From Archangium sp. (GTDB lineage: Bacteria; Myxococcota; Myxococcia; Myxococcales; Myxococcaceae): DNA of 64,000 nucleotides. Under the pieces are notes generated by a model. That model was given only the letters and a program-made list of their open reading frames with translations. It did not search any database and was not told where the DNA came from. The position numbers and the translations under genes are program-made. Location of the stretch: assembly GCA_031367385.1 (NCBI GenBank), contig JANLPS010000373.1:1-64000 (forward strand), given 5' to 3'. Below, in pieces: positions 11,307-21,325 of this stretch. The number at the start of each line of letters is the position of its first letter. The stretch's first letter is position 1.

Positions 11307-11837
11307 ATGGGTGAGGGACTCTCGTTGCCGAATGTCGCGCGGGGCACGGTGCTTTCTGAAAATGAGCGACTCGAGCGGCTGAGCGACGCAACTCCGCAGA
11401 TCTTGGCGGTGCTCGAGGGTGAAACCGACCTGATTTCGGTGCAATCGACGCTCGTGGCGCTGCTGTGGCAAGCGATGCCTGCGGCCAGTTGGGTCGGCTT
11501 TTACCGGCGATTCGGGCCGACCACGCTCGCGGTGGGGCCCTACCAGGGCCCGATGGGCTGCCTGCGCATCGACTTCGCGCGAGGCGTCTGCGGGGCCTGT
11601 GCACGCACCGGTCAGCCGCAGCTGGTGCCCGACGTGCACGCTTTTCCCGGGCACATTGCCTGTGATGACGGTGCGAGATCAGAGCTCGTGCTGCCGGTGC
11701 TGATCAACGGCCGGCTCGAAGCGGTGCTCGACCTCGACTCGCATACCCCCGCGGCCTTCGCCCTCAGCGAGCAACACGCCTTGACCCGCTTGCTCGAACG
11801 GGTCTTCGGAGCCCTTCAGTCAACCGGGGCGAAGTGA
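11307..11837 (+). CDS. msrC: GAF-domain free methionine-(R)-sulfoxide reductase
   Basis: WVGFY, GPYQG..GC.RI...RGVCG, FPGHIACD, SELVLP, LDLDS motifs. Confidence 0.85.
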   Translation: MGEGLSLPNVARGTVLSENERLERLSDATPQILAVLEGETDLISVQSTLVALLWQAMPAASWVGFYRRFGPTTLAVGPYQGPMGCLRIDFARGVCGACARTGQPQLVPDVHAFPGHIACDDGARSELVLPVLINGRLEAVLDLDSHTPAAFALSEQHALTRLLERVFGALQSTGAK

Positions 11838-12598
11838 TTGAGCGGCCCCACGCCGTGACCCAGCCCGGGTGCGCTGCGGAGCGCCTCGGTGAGCCATCGC
11901 TTCGACCGCTCGACCGCGTCAACGAGGTGCCGGCCGGCGGCGAGGTGTGCGGTGATGGCCGATGAGAGCGTGCAGCCGGTGCCGTGGGTGTGGGCGGTGG
12001 CGATGCGTTCGGCCGCGAGCTCGGTGAGAACGCCATCGTGCCAGAGCACGTCGATGGGAGCCCCCTCGAGGTGGCCGCCTTTCACCAACACCGACTTCGC
12101 GCCCAGCTGCGCCAGCGCCTTCGCGGCGTCGCGGGCCTGCGCAAGGGTCTCGACGCGGCGGCCGGTCAGGGCCGAGGCCTCGTGGGTGTTCGGCGTGAGC
12201 AGATTGGTGACGGGTATCAGCTGGCTGATCATCGCCTGTCGGGCGGAGTCGTCGAGCAACGGGTGACCATGCTTGCTGATCATCACCGGGTCGACCACGA
12301 GGGGAAAGGTGAAGCGTTTGGCACGGTCAGCGAGCCATTCGACGAGCTCGGTGCTGCCCAAGGCTCCTGACTTTGCGGCGCCGGGCACGATGTCAGAGAG
12401 CACCGCTTCGAGTTGTTGGCTGACCAGCTGGGCCGACAGGGCCTCGACGCGGGTGACGCCGGTGGTGTTCTGCACGGTCAGCAAGGTCACCACGCTCATG
12501 CCGTACACGCCGTGCTGGTGAAAGGTCTTCAGGTCGGCCTGCAGCCCCGCCCCCCCTGATGGGTCTGACCCCGCAATCGTGAGCGCCACCGGTCGCAT
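11816..12598 (-). CDS. thiD: Hydroxymethylpyrimidine/phosphomethylpyrimidine kinase
   Basis: LTIAGSDPSGGAGLQADLKTF, VVDPVM, TPNTHEA, HTHGTGCTLSSA. Confidence 0.97.
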   Translation of the reverse strand: MRPVALTIAGSDPSGGAGLQADLKTFHQHGVYGMSVVTLLTVQNTTGVTRVEALSAQLVSQQLEAVLSDIVPGAAKSGALGSTELVEWLADRAKRFTFPLVVDPVMISKHGHPLLDDSARQAMISQLIPVTNLLTPNTHEASALTGRRVETLAQARDAAKALAQLGAKSVLVKGGHLEGAPIDVLWHDGVLTELAAERIATAHTHGTGCTLSSAITAHLAAGRHLVDAVERSKRWLTEALRSAPGLGHGVGPLNHFAPVD

Positions 12599-12665
12599 TG
12601 CGCCGCTCTACCACGCAAGCTGTGGTTGCTGGCGCCGCGGCCTGGTTTGAGGCAGAGAGCGTGGC

Positions 12666-13874
12666 ATGCAACACCTCATTCCTTCGAGGCAGACGCGGCC
12701 GACTGGCGATGTGATTTTTACCCTCAATGCAGAGGCCGGCAAGCGACGTGCGGCGGGTGAATCGGTCGTCAACGCGACGCTTGGCACGTTGATGAAAGAC
12801 GACGGCACGCTGGCGTTGCTCGAGACCGCGTCGAAGACCGTGCACGCGGTGCCCAAAGAGGAGTGGGCGGCCTACGCCCCGATTCCTGGTACCGGCGAGT
12901 TCTTGAAGGCGGTGATTCACGACACCTTGCAGACCGTGCCGAGCTTGAAGGCGTCGGCGGTGGCGGCGGCAACGCCAGGTGGCACGGGGGCGCTGCGGCA
13001 CGCGATCATGAATTTTCTCGAGCCTGGTCAGGCGCTGCTCACCACCAGTTTTTTTTGGGGGCCGTACCAGACGTTGGTCGATGAGCATGACCGCCGGCTC
13101 GAGACGTTCTCGATGTTCGCGGTGTCAGGCGGGCTCGACGTGCAGGCCCTCGAGGCGAAGGTCGCTGATCAATTGGCGACCCAGAAGCGGGTGCTGCTGT
13201 TCTTGAACGACCCGTGTCAGAACCCGACCGGGTACTCGATGAGCGGGGCCGAGTGGCAGCAGGTGGTCGAGGTGTTGTTGCGGCAGTCGCAGCGCGGGCC
13301 GATCACCTTGCTGGTCGACATGGCGTACTGGCTGTACGGCAGTGCCGCTGACCCCCGTGGGTTCTTGCAGCACCTGGTGCCGCTGCTGGGCAAGGTCGGG
13401 CTGCTCTTCGCGTGGAGCGCCTCGAAGTCATTCACCCACTACGGGTTGCGGGTCGGGGCGCTGGTGGCGTGCGTCGGCGATGAGCGAGAGCGCGCGGCGA
13501 CCGATGCGGCGCTGGCGTATGCGTGCCGCGGCACCTGGTCGAATTGCACGCGGGGTGGGCTGTCTGCGGTGACGTCGTTGCTGACAGACCCGGCATTGGC
13601 CGCGGCGTGCACGGCCGAGCGTGAAGTGCTCAAGCAGGCGTTGGCAGCGCGGGTGACTGCGTTCAACAGCTTGGCGAAGGCGAAGGGGCTGGTGTACCCG
13701 CGGTACGAGGGCGGCTTCTTCGTGACGGTGTTCTCTGAAGATGCGTTTGGTTTGTCGAAGCGCATGAAGGAGCTCGGCGTGTTCGTCGTGCCGCAGAAGG
13801 GGGCGGTGCGGGTCGCGCTGTGCTCGGTGTCAGTGAATGAAGTGCAGCGGGTGGTCGAGGCGCTCAGCGGGTAG
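12666..13874 (+). CDS. Class I/II PLP-dependent aminotransferase
   Basis: NATLG, PGGTGAL, NDPCQNPTG, DMAY, SASKSFTHYGLRVG (PLP lysine). Confidence 0.9.
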   Translation: MQHLIPSRQTRPTGDVIFTLNAEAGKRRAAGESVVNATLGTLMKDDGTLALLETASKTVHAVPKEEWAAYAPIPGTGEFLKAVIHDTLQTVPSLKASAVAAATPGGTGALRHAIMNFLEPGQALLTTSFFWGPYQTLVDEHDRRLETFSMFAVSGGLDVQALEAKVADQLATQKRVLLFLNDPCQNPTGYSMSGAEWQQVVEVLLRQSQRGPITLLVDMAYWLYGSAADPRGFLQHLVPLLGKVGLLFAWSASKSFTHYGLRVGALVACVGDERERAATDAALAYACRGTWSNCTRGGLSAVTSLLTDPALAAACTAEREVLKQALAARVTAFNSLAKAKGLVYPRYEGGFFVTVFSEDAFGLSKRMKELGVFVVPQKGAVRVALCSVSVNEVQRVVEALSG

Positions 13875-14034
13875 CGGGCGCGGCGTTCGGAGAGAAGCAA
13901 CTTCCGCCTTCGCTCAGGTTTCATGGTTGTGATGTGTCGGTCTTCGAGATCAGTTTCTCGTCGAGAATGCAGGGCGGTTCGTTAATCAAGTGATGTTACA
14001 GAGATGAAACCCATGCGTTCATACGACCTCAATC

Positions 14035-14542
14035 ATGGCCAACCTCGATTTTTTTTGCAGCAAAAGCTGATCAGAGGGCGCTCCTCGAGTTCTTGTTTTC
14101 GTCAACCGACGTGCGCGCGTTCGAGTCGTACTCCGAATTCGATCAAGAGCTGCGCGAGTTCCGATCGATCGATGAGCTCGCCGCCGCTTTTCCCATCGGC
14201 GAAGATCGGTTTGGGAGTGGCCACGCGATTCTTTTGCAGCTCTGGTCGCCGTCGGTGATGCGGGAGCTGACAATCTCTCGCCTCGCGCTAAACCCCGACG
14301 CTTGCGACGGGCACACCTTTCGACACCAGATTGGTGGCGGCGCGTTGATTCAACTGTATCTCGGCGGGGTCCATGACCGAACCGTCACGTCGGTGGCGAA
14401 GGTTCCTGGGTGTCCGGTCCTGCCAGAGGCGTTCGAGCTGGCGCGTTCCGGGTATGCGCTCAAGATGGCGGCACAGACACCGTGGCAGTACGAGCTCCAA
14501 GAGGGCGTGAAGCCCGTTCGCTCCGGGCGACGCAACAGCTGA
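14035..14542 (+). pseudogene. Frameshifted hypothetical protein (extra T in T8 run at 14049-14056)
   Basis: Removing one T joins ATG 14035 to the 14093 ORF, giving MANLDFFAAKADQRALLEFLFSSTDVRAFESYSEFDQELREF... Confidence 0.6.
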
Positions 14543-14593
14543 CGGTGGTCGGTGGCCTGAGTGACTCACCACGAACGGTGGTAGACCCGCCCC

Positions 14594-15448
14594 GTGCGCG
14601 AAGCTCGGCGGCCAACGCAGTCGGTGACGCTCCTGCTCTCGGTCGCGCTCGCGGCGACGCTGGGAGTACTGATCTACTTCTCAGTCACTTCGCTGCCGTA
14701 CCTCGCCGTCTCGCCGACCTCTGACCCCACCTTCGGAGAGATCAACGGGTGCCTCTTGCAGGCCGTGCCCGCCGGCAGGGTCGGTTACGCGGTCGCTCCT
14801 GACGCCAAGGCCGCGGCGGTATGGTCGAACAGCGTCATTACTCGGTGCCTTGGGCCGAACGCCCGAACCTGGTCAATCTCTGGCATCACCGAGGCAGCGT
14901 TCGACGGCAAGGGCCGCCTGTGGGCGACGACCAACACCGCCGACGCGGGTGGCGCCAACATGTTGCTGCTCGACGGCGACGCGCCCGAGGTTCGCGGCGA
15001 GGCCCGCCCCGCTCACATCGTCGGCGTCGAAGACGGAGTCGTCGTGCTCGAATCGTCAGGCCGCCTCCTCTCGCTCAAGGCCGACGGCTCGGTGGGTGGC
15101 CTCGTCGACCTGCGCCCCATGCCCGACGCCGTCTTGTCAGTCAGCGGCGACGGCCGCCGCGTCGCCATCACCACCGGCGGCGGGTTGTTCGTCTTCGAGA
15201 GCAGCAAGCTCCTCAAGGTTCGCGCCGAAGCCCCGTGCGATGTCGAATTTCTCTGGTGGCTTCGCGAGGGGCACCACGTGCTGATCAGCTGTGGCCCCCG
15301 CTCGAGCTGGGCCATCGCGCTCGAAGCCGATACCGGAGAACAAGACGCTGCGCCTCCGCGCGGCCGAATTCACTCCGTGCTCTGCGGACCCCAGGGCCCC
15401 TGGGTGCAGCCGTGCGACGTCTTGCCGTGCACCGCCGTCGAGCCCTGA
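14594..15448 (+). CDS. Hypothetical membrane-anchored beta-propeller-like protein
   Basis: N-terminal TM helix; blades such as AFDGKGRLW and VSGDGRRVAI. Confidence 0.7.
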   Translation: MREARRPTQSVTLLLSVALAATLGVLIYFSVTSLPYLAVSPTSDPTFGEINGCLLQAVPAGRVGYAVAPDAKAAAVWSNSVITRCLGPNARTWSISGITEAAFDGKGRLWATTNTADAGGANMLLLDGDAPEVRGEARPAHIVGVEDGVVVLESSGRLLSLKADGSVGGLVDLRPMPDAVLSVSGDGRRVAITTGGGLFVFESSKLLKVRAEAPCDVEFLWWLREGHHVLISCGPRSSWAIALEADTGEQDAAPPRGRIHSVLCGPQGPWVQPCDVLPCTAVEP

Positions 15449-15489
15449 GTCCCCTCCTGCCCCGAACCAGCGAGCGCGCCGCGCTGTGT

Positions 15490-15527
15490 CATGAATATTG
15501 ATTCATGTTTCATTGACCCCAATGAAA
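15490..15527. promoter_or_regulatory. Two abutting perfect inverted repeats (candidate operators) upstream of PHB depolymerase 1
   Basis: CATGAAT-attg-ATTCATG (15490-15507) directly followed by TTTCATTG-accc-CAATGAAA (15508-15527) in an AT-rich patch. Confidence 0.6.
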
Positions 15528-15581
15528 GTTCGCATGTAAGGCACCCGCCGCCGTCCACTTACCTGCGGGGGAGTGCCTCAC

Positions 15582-17966
15582 ATGAAAATCAATTCGCAGC
15601 TGTTGCTCTCGTTCTTCGTTTCACTGGCGTTCTTTGGCTGCGAGGTGGGCGAAGGCTCGCCGGCAGATGACGCGTCGAAGACCTCGACGAAGTCGCTCAT
15701 CTCGATGCCGAACGAGACCGCCTGGGCCGTCGGCACGAATTGGACCTACGAGAATGACTTCGTCGGCTTCCCCCACGCGTGGGTGTATCGCCCGAAGGGC
15801 TTCACCAAGAAGGTGACCAACAAGCGCGGCGCCGTCATTCACCTCGTCGGCTGCGGTCAGCTGCCGTACCAGGTGGCGCAGGGTGGTGGTTGGCCGCAAG
15901 TGGCCGAAGACTTCGGCCTGGTGGTCATCGTGCCGGAGATCGTCACGCCGGTGTACCCGAACGCCGCCGCGGTCAACATCGCTTGCTACAACTACGGCGC
16001 GGGCTCACCGCTGCCGACGATGCCGAGCCGCACCTCGTCTGATCACGCCACCATCATCGCCGCCGCGCAGAAGCTGGTGAAAGACCGCACCGAGCTGGCC
16101 GTCGACCCGCACCAGATGTATCTGTCGGGCCTCTCAGCCGGAGCCGCCGTCGCGATGCAGGTCGCCTGCATGGCCCCCGACCTCTTCGCGGGCGTGGGCG
16201 TCGTCGCGGGCCCGGCGATGGGCACCAATCAGAACCAGGCCGTCATCTTGCCGACCATCACCGCCGACAAGGTCAAGAGCCAGTGCACCACTTACGCGAA
16301 GTCGAGCTCGCTGAGCGACCCGCTGACCACGCTCTCTGAAGAGACCTGGGTCGTGGTCTCTGACACCAACGGCCTCCCCGCCGGCAAAGTCATTCAAGTC
16401 AACGGCGTGTGGACGGCCGACAAGTTCATCAAGCAGACCATTTGGGACGGCGACAAGTTCTGCCCGTATCTGAACCACAACCTGGTCACCGGCGCGCTGC
16501 CCTCGTTGCTCAAGGCGAGCAAGACCGACTCGAAGGTCACGATGCCTTTCTCGGGCACCGGCACGGGCTGCTCGGGTGGCGAAGCCAGCCACGATGACAC
16601 CGCCGAGACCGAGTGCACCTTCGCGAACGCCAAGGCTCGTTCGTGGACGGCGACCGCCGACTTCTGGAAGAACAGCGCGGGCCTCACCAAGATGGTTTGG
16701 ATTCAGCAAGACACCCTTCGTCACCGCTGGCCGACCGGCCCGCAGAACGCGCTCGACCACCCCATCACCCCCGACCGCCAGTGGATGATCGACAACGGCT
16801 ACATCAAGGCCGATGGTCAGTTCGACGACGCAAAGGTCGCTGCCGAGCCGAACGGCGCCTTGGGTGCGCTCTACTTCGCGCCTGACGCGTTCAGCCTCAC
16901 CGCCTACCTGGCCCAGACCTGGAGCGACAACAACCCGCGCATCGTGCCCAACGTGGCCGCCTTCACGGTCACCGCCGCGGCGTCGGTCTCGGGCAACACC
17001 GTGACGGTCTCGGGTACCGCCACGCCGGGGCCTTCGGTCTCGACCATCGCCGTCACCGTCAACGGCTCGACCAAGAACGCCAAGCTCACCGCGGGCGAAC
17101 CGGCCAGCTACACCGTCGACTTCACCGTCACCACCACCGGCAAATCGACCGCCTCGGTGCTCGCCACCGACACCACGGGCAAGACCGCGCAAGCCACCGC
17201 CGACTTCACCATCAAGGGCAACGGCAACACCGCTCCGGTCATCGACACCGCGAAGGCCACCTTCTCGGGCGCCACCCTGACCGTCACCGGCACGGCGCAT
17301 GACGATGACGCAGACCTCTCGAAGGTCGAGGTCGTCATCGGCATCGCAGGCTCGTCGTGCACGGGTACGAGCAGCTTCAGCTGCGTCATCGACATGGGCA
17401 CCGCGCCCGCGCCCGGTGACTACAAGGCCATCGTTCTGGCGACCGACGCGAAGGGCAACTCGTCGACGGTCGAGACGACCTACACCGTACCGGCTCCGGG
17501 AGTCGCTCCGGTCATCGACACCGCCTCGGGCGCCGCCTCGGGAGGCTCGCTCAAGGTCACTGGCACCGCGCATGATGCGAACAACGACCTGTCGAAGGTC
17601 TCCATCGCCATCGGCGGAGTCGCCGGCAGCACCGCCTGCACCGGCACCACCAGCTTCACCTGCACGGTGAGCGTCTCGAGCCTGGCGACGGGCAGCTACA
17701 CCGCGACCGTCACCGCGAGCGACGCGGGCGGCCGTTCATCGAGCGTCGACGTGGCCTTCACGGTCTCGAAGGCGACCTGCTTCACCGCGAAGAACACCGA
17801 GCACATCAAGGCCGGCCGCGCGCACTACGGCACGTTCTACACCTCGAGCGCCTTCGCCACCGGCACCAACCAGTACCTCGGCTACGCGACCACCACGTAC
17901 GACCAGACCACCAGCGTGCAAGAACAGTCGGCCGGCCAGTGGGCGTTGGTGAGCAGCTGCCCGTAG
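15582..17966 (+). CDS. phaZ: Extracellular PHB depolymerase-family esterase, lipoprotein, with three Ig-like domains and a C-terminal PHB-binding-like domain
   Basis: GGGGAG RBS; lipobox FFGC; lipase box GLSAG in VDPHQMYLSGLSAGAA; HRWPTG; repeated APVIDTA...VTGTAHD; C-terminal CFTAKNTEHIKAGRA...CP. Confidence 0.8.
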   Translation: MKINSQLLLSFFVSLAFFGCEVGEGSPADDASKTSTKSLISMPNETAWAVGTNWTYENDFVGFPHAWVYRPKGFTKKVTNKRGAVIHLVGCGQLPYQVAQGGGWPQVAEDFGLVVIVPEIVTPVYPNAAAVNIACYNYGAGSPLPTMPSRTSSDHATIIAAAQKLVKDRTELAVDPHQMYLSGLSAGAAVAMQVACMAPDLFAGVGVVAGPAMGTNQNQAVILPTITADKVKSQCTTYAKSSSLSDPLTTLSEETWVVVSDTNGLPAGKVIQVNGVWTADKFIKQTIWDGDKFCPYLNHNLVTGALPSLLKASKTDSKVTMPFSGTGTGCSGGEASHDDTAETECTFANAKARSWTATADFWKNSAGLTKMVWIQQDTLRHRWPTGPQNALDHPITPDRQWMIDNGYIKADGQFDDAKVAAEPNGALGALYFAPDAFSLTAYLAQTWSDNNPRIVPNVAAFTVTAAASVSGNTVTVSGTATPGPSVSTIAVTVNGSTKNAKLTAGEPASYTVDFTVTTTGKSTASVLATDTTGKTAQATADFTIKGNGNTAPVIDTAKATFSGATLTVTGTAHDDDADLSKVEVVIGIAGSSCTGTSSFSCVIDMGTAPAPGDYKAIVLATDAKGNSSTVETTYTVPAPGVAPVIDTASGAASGGSLKVTGTAHDANNDLSKVSIAIGGVAGSTACTGTTSFTCTVSVSSLATGSYTATVTASDAGGRSSSVDVAFTVSKATCFTAKNTEHIKAGRAHYGTFYTSSAFATGTNQYLGYATTTYDQTTSVQEQSAGQWALVSSCP

Positions 17967-18008
17967 AAAGTACGAGCCGGGCGCCCTCGAGTCAGTCAAG
18001 AGGGCTCC

Positions 18009-20216
18009 ATGGCACGACGGAGCTGGAAGTTCGTTCGAGCGGGCGGGTTTGATCAAGTTCACCTCGCGTCAGGCGCTGACCTCATCGCGCTGGGCGAGCT
18101 CGACCTCAAGCTGTGGGTGGCACTGGCGTGCCCGGTCAAAGGGCTCGAGTTCGACACCCGCACGCTCGAGCTGATCGACGTCGACAAAGACGGGCGAATT
18201 CGGGCGCCTGAGCTGATCTCCGCCGCCGCGTGGGCTGGCGCGATGCTCAAGAACCCCGACGACTTGATGAAGGGCAGCGACACGCTGCCGCTCTCGGCGA
18301 TCAACGATGCGTCTGACGAGGGCCGTCAGCTGGTGACGACCATCAAGACGGTGCTCCGCAGCCTGGGCACGCCCGACGCAGGGTCGATTTCGGTGGCTGA
18401 CACCGGTAAAGCCCAGAAGGCGTTCGAAGCGCAGCCCTTCAACGGCGACGGTGTGCTGCCGGCCGAGTCGGTCAGCGACGAGACGACCAAGGCGGTGGTC
18501 TCGCAGATCATCGACACCCAGGGCAGCGTGCCCGACAAGAGCGGCCAGCCCGGCATCAGCGAGGCGCAGGTCGAGGCGTTCGACAAGGCGCTGACCGAGC
18601 ATGCGGCGTGGCTTTCGCAAGCTGATGCGACGGTGATGGTGCTCAAAGACGAGTCGGCTGCGGCGTTCGAGGCGTTGAGCGTCGTGAAGCCGAAAGTCGA
18701 TGACTACTTCGCGCGCGCTCGCTTGGCCGCCTTCGACCCTCGTGCGCTGACCGCGCTCAATCGCGAAGAGAAAGAGTACCTCTCGGTCGCGGCAAAAGAC
18801 CTCACCGTCACCGCGCAGGAGGTCGCCCCTTTTCCGCTCGCGCAGGTTGCGGCAGACAAACCGCTCGGGTTGCAACACGGGCTCAACCCCGCATGGGCTG
18901 AGCCGATGGCTGCGTTCGTCGAGAAGGTGGCAAAGCCCCTGGGTGTCAAAGACCCGATGACGGAGGCCGAGTGGGCTCGGGTGCGCTCGACTTTTGCGGC
19001 GTACGAGAAGTGGCACGCGGCCAAGGCGGGCGCATCGGTTGAGACGCTGGGCGCTGCGCGGGTCAAGGCGCTGGCCTCGGGCGAGTGGAAGGCGAAGGTG
19101 ACCGCGTTGCTGGTTGAAGACGCCTCGCAGAAGCCGGTCGCCGACGCGATCGACTCTGTCGAGCGGCTGGTTCGGCTGAATCGAGATCTGCTGACCTTGG
19201 CGAACAACTTCGTGACCTTTCGCGACTTTTACTCGCGCAAGAAGCCGGCCATTTTTCAAGCGGGCACGCTCTATCTCGACACCCGGGCCTGCGAGCTGTG
19301 CGTGCGAGTCGACGACCCGGCCAAGCACGCGACGGTGGCGCCGCTCTCGCGCAGCTACCTGGTGTACTGCGACCTGAGCCGCCCGGCCTCGGGTGACAAA
19401 ATGAGCATCGTCGCCGCGATGACTGCCGGAGACGTCGACAACCTGATGCCCGGCCGCAACGGGCTGTTCTACGACCGCCAGGGCCGCGACTGGGACGCGA
19501 CGGTCACGAAGATCGTCGACGCGCCGATCAGTGTTCGGCAGGCCTTCTGGGCTCCGTACAAGAAGCTGATTCGCTTCGTCGAAGCGCAGTCGGCCAAGCG
19601 CGCGGCCGCGGCCGATGCCGCCAGCACCGATCGCTTGGTCAGCTCGGCCTCGACGGTCGACAAGGGTGTCGACGGCAAGGCGCCAGAACCCGCGGCCAAG
19701 AAGATTGACATCGGAGTGGTCGCCGCAATCGGCGTCGCTGTCGGCGGCATCGCCGCGGCCTTTGGCGCGCTGCTCTCGGCCTTCTTCGGCCTGGGCTTGT
19801 GGATGCCGGTGGGCGTGATTGGCCTGTTGCTGCTGATTTCGGGCCCGTCGATGGCGATCGCCTGGCTCAAGCTGCGGCAGCGAAACGTGGGGCCGCTGCT
19901 CGACGCCAATGGGTGGGCGGTCAATGCGCAGGCACGCATCAACGTACCGTTCGGGGGCTCGCTGACGCAGCAGGCTGAATTGCCCGAGGGCAGCTCGCGC
20001 GACATGACTGACCCGTTCGCCGAGACCGACGCGCCGTGGCGCACGTGGGTCGTGATGGCGGTGGTGATCGGTCTGGGCGTGGCCTGGTTCTGGGGGGCGC
20101 TTGACCGAATGCTGCCACAGCCGCTGCGGAGTGTGACGTTGCTGGGTCAGCACGCGCCTGCCGACGCGAAGCCGGTGCCGGCGGTGGTACCTGCCGCCGC
20201 GCCCCCGGCGGGGTAG
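18009..20216 (+). CDS. Conserved hypothetical protein with EF-hand-like loop and C-terminal TM helices
   Basis: 735 aa with strong codon bias; DVDKDGRIRAPE loop; hydrophobic segments near the C-terminus. Confidence 0.85.
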   Translation: MARRSWKFVRAGGFDQVHLASGADLIALGELDLKLWVALACPVKGLEFDTRTLELIDVDKDGRIRAPELISAAAWAGAMLKNPDDLMKGSDTLPLSAINDASDEGRQLVTTIKTVLRSLGTPDAGSISVADTGKAQKAFEAQPFNGDGVLPAESVSDETTKAVVSQIIDTQGSVPDKSGQPGISEAQVEAFDKALTEHAAWLSQADATVMVLKDESAAAFEALSVVKPKVDDYFARARLAAFDPRALTALNREEKEYLSVAAKDLTVTAQEVAPFPLAQVAADKPLGLQHGLNPAWAEPMAAFVEKVAKPLGVKDPMTEAEWARVRSTFAAYEKWHAAKAGASVETLGAARVKALASGEWKAKVTALLVEDASQKPVADAIDSVERLVRLNRDLLTLANNFVTFRDFYSRKKPAIFQAGTLYLDTRACELCVRVDDPAKHATVAPLSRSYLVYCDLSRPASGDKMSIVAAMTAGDVDNLMPGRNGLFYDRQGRDWDATVTKIVDAPISVRQAFWAPYKKLIRFVEAQSAKRAAAADAASTDRLVSSASTVDKGVDGKAPEPAAKKIDIGVVAAIGVAVGGIAAAFGALLSAFFGLGLWMPVGVIGLLLLISGPSMAIAWLKLRQRNVGPLLDANGWAVNAQARINVPFGGSLTQQAELPEGSSRDMTDPFAETDAPWRTWVVMAVVIGLGVAWFWGALDRMLPQPLRSVTLLGQHAPADAKPVPAVVPAAAPPAG

Positions 20217-20305
20217 TCGAGGGGTGAGCCAGGTCGAGGGCGTTACACGCGGTGGTGGCGGGTGGTTCGAGTCACTCACACGAACGGCACTGCATGAACG
20301 GCGGC

Positions 20306-20557
20306 TTACGGCTCGCGGCCGACGTCTCTGTACGCCGACAGCCTCGAGATGATCGCCTCGGCGCCGGTGATCAACCGCTCACCATCCCACAGGGCGGGCG
20401 CGCCGGTGCCCCCTCTGGCGGTCAAGTCGGCCTGCACCTCGGGGTAGACCACGTTGCGAAACCGTATCGCCGGCTCGAGGGCCCAGTCGGTGACCACTCT
20501 GCGAACCCTCGCGCTCCCCGGGTCGCCTATCGCATGAAACAGCTCGAAGTCGTCCAT
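20306..20557 (-). CDS. Small glutaredoxin/GST-N-like thioredoxin-fold protein (no CxxC)
   Basis: ELFH...SARVR...GGTGAPALWDGERLITGAEAII pattern; follows the upstream gene by 4 nt. Confidence 0.65.
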   Translation of the reverse strand: MDDFELFHAIGDPGSARVRRVVTDWALEPAIRFRNVVYPEVQADLTARGGTGAPALWDGERLITGAEAIISRLSAYRDVGREP

Positions 20558-20561
20558 CGCG

Positions 20562-21305
20562 TCAGTTCCTGATCAGCGGGCAGCCCCACCCGTCGTAGTG
20601 ACCGTCGAGCGGCAGAATCACGTTGAGCACCTCGCCGACGAAGGCATCGGCGTTGAGCCCTGCGAGCGATTCTTCGCGGCGAAAGGCCAGTGACCAGCGG
20701 CCGCTCTCGTGCTTGGCCAGCGGTTCGGGCTGAAACCCCTTGCGCAGGAGCTCGCTGCTCGCCCGCTCAGCGTTCGCCTTGAGCTCGAACATCGCGAGGT
20801 GGTCGACCGGCCTTGCGGTGGTGAGCGAGTCTCCGCCCTGCTCGAGCTGTTCGACCAGCGAGCGGCTCATCATCGACTGAAAGGCGTAGGGGTTCGGGTA
20901 GAGAAACGTGTGAAAGAATGACCAGCTCGGGTCTCGGTCGACCGACCACTGGGCCTGGTACGGAGCGAGCGACCCGATCTGCGAGAGGCACTCGGCGGCC
21001 TTGGAGTCGGCGGGCAGGTACAGCACGAACACCGTCGCGCCTTGCGTGACGTAGCGGCCCACGTAGATCGCGTCGCAGGCCTGACCCAGGCGATCGACGA
21101 TCTGATCTTCGACCTTACCCATCGGCTCGAGCTCACTCGAATCGCGCAGCCCGTCATTACGCGGCTCGAGCAACCCGACCCGTAGCTGCAACCGCTGCGG
21201 GTGCGTGGGCAAGGTCTGCGCGTTCAGATCGACCACGACCGAGAGCGCGTGGTGCTCGAGCTCCGAGAGGTAAAAATTGAACGAGGGCTCCCACGTCGCT
21301 GGCAT
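20562..21305 (-). CDS. DUF695-like domain plus RraB-like domain protein
   Basis: DPSWSFFHTFLYP; C-terminal GDSLTTARPVDH...GHYDGWG typical of RraB-like domains. Confidence 0.8.
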   Translation of the reverse strand: MPATWEPSFNFYLSELEHHALSVVVDLNAQTLPTHPQRLQLRVGLLEPRNDGLRDSSELEPMGKVEDQIVDRLGQACDAIYVGRYVTQGATVFVLYLPADSKAAECLSQIGSLAPYQAQWSVDRDPSWSFFHTFLYPNPYAFQSMMSRSLVEQLEQGGDSLTTARPVDHLAMFELKANAERASSELLRKGFQPEPLAKHESGRWSLAFRREESLAGLNADAFVGEVLNVILPLDGHYDGWGCPLIRN

Positions 21306-21325
21306 CGGGCGAACCTAGCGCACGG

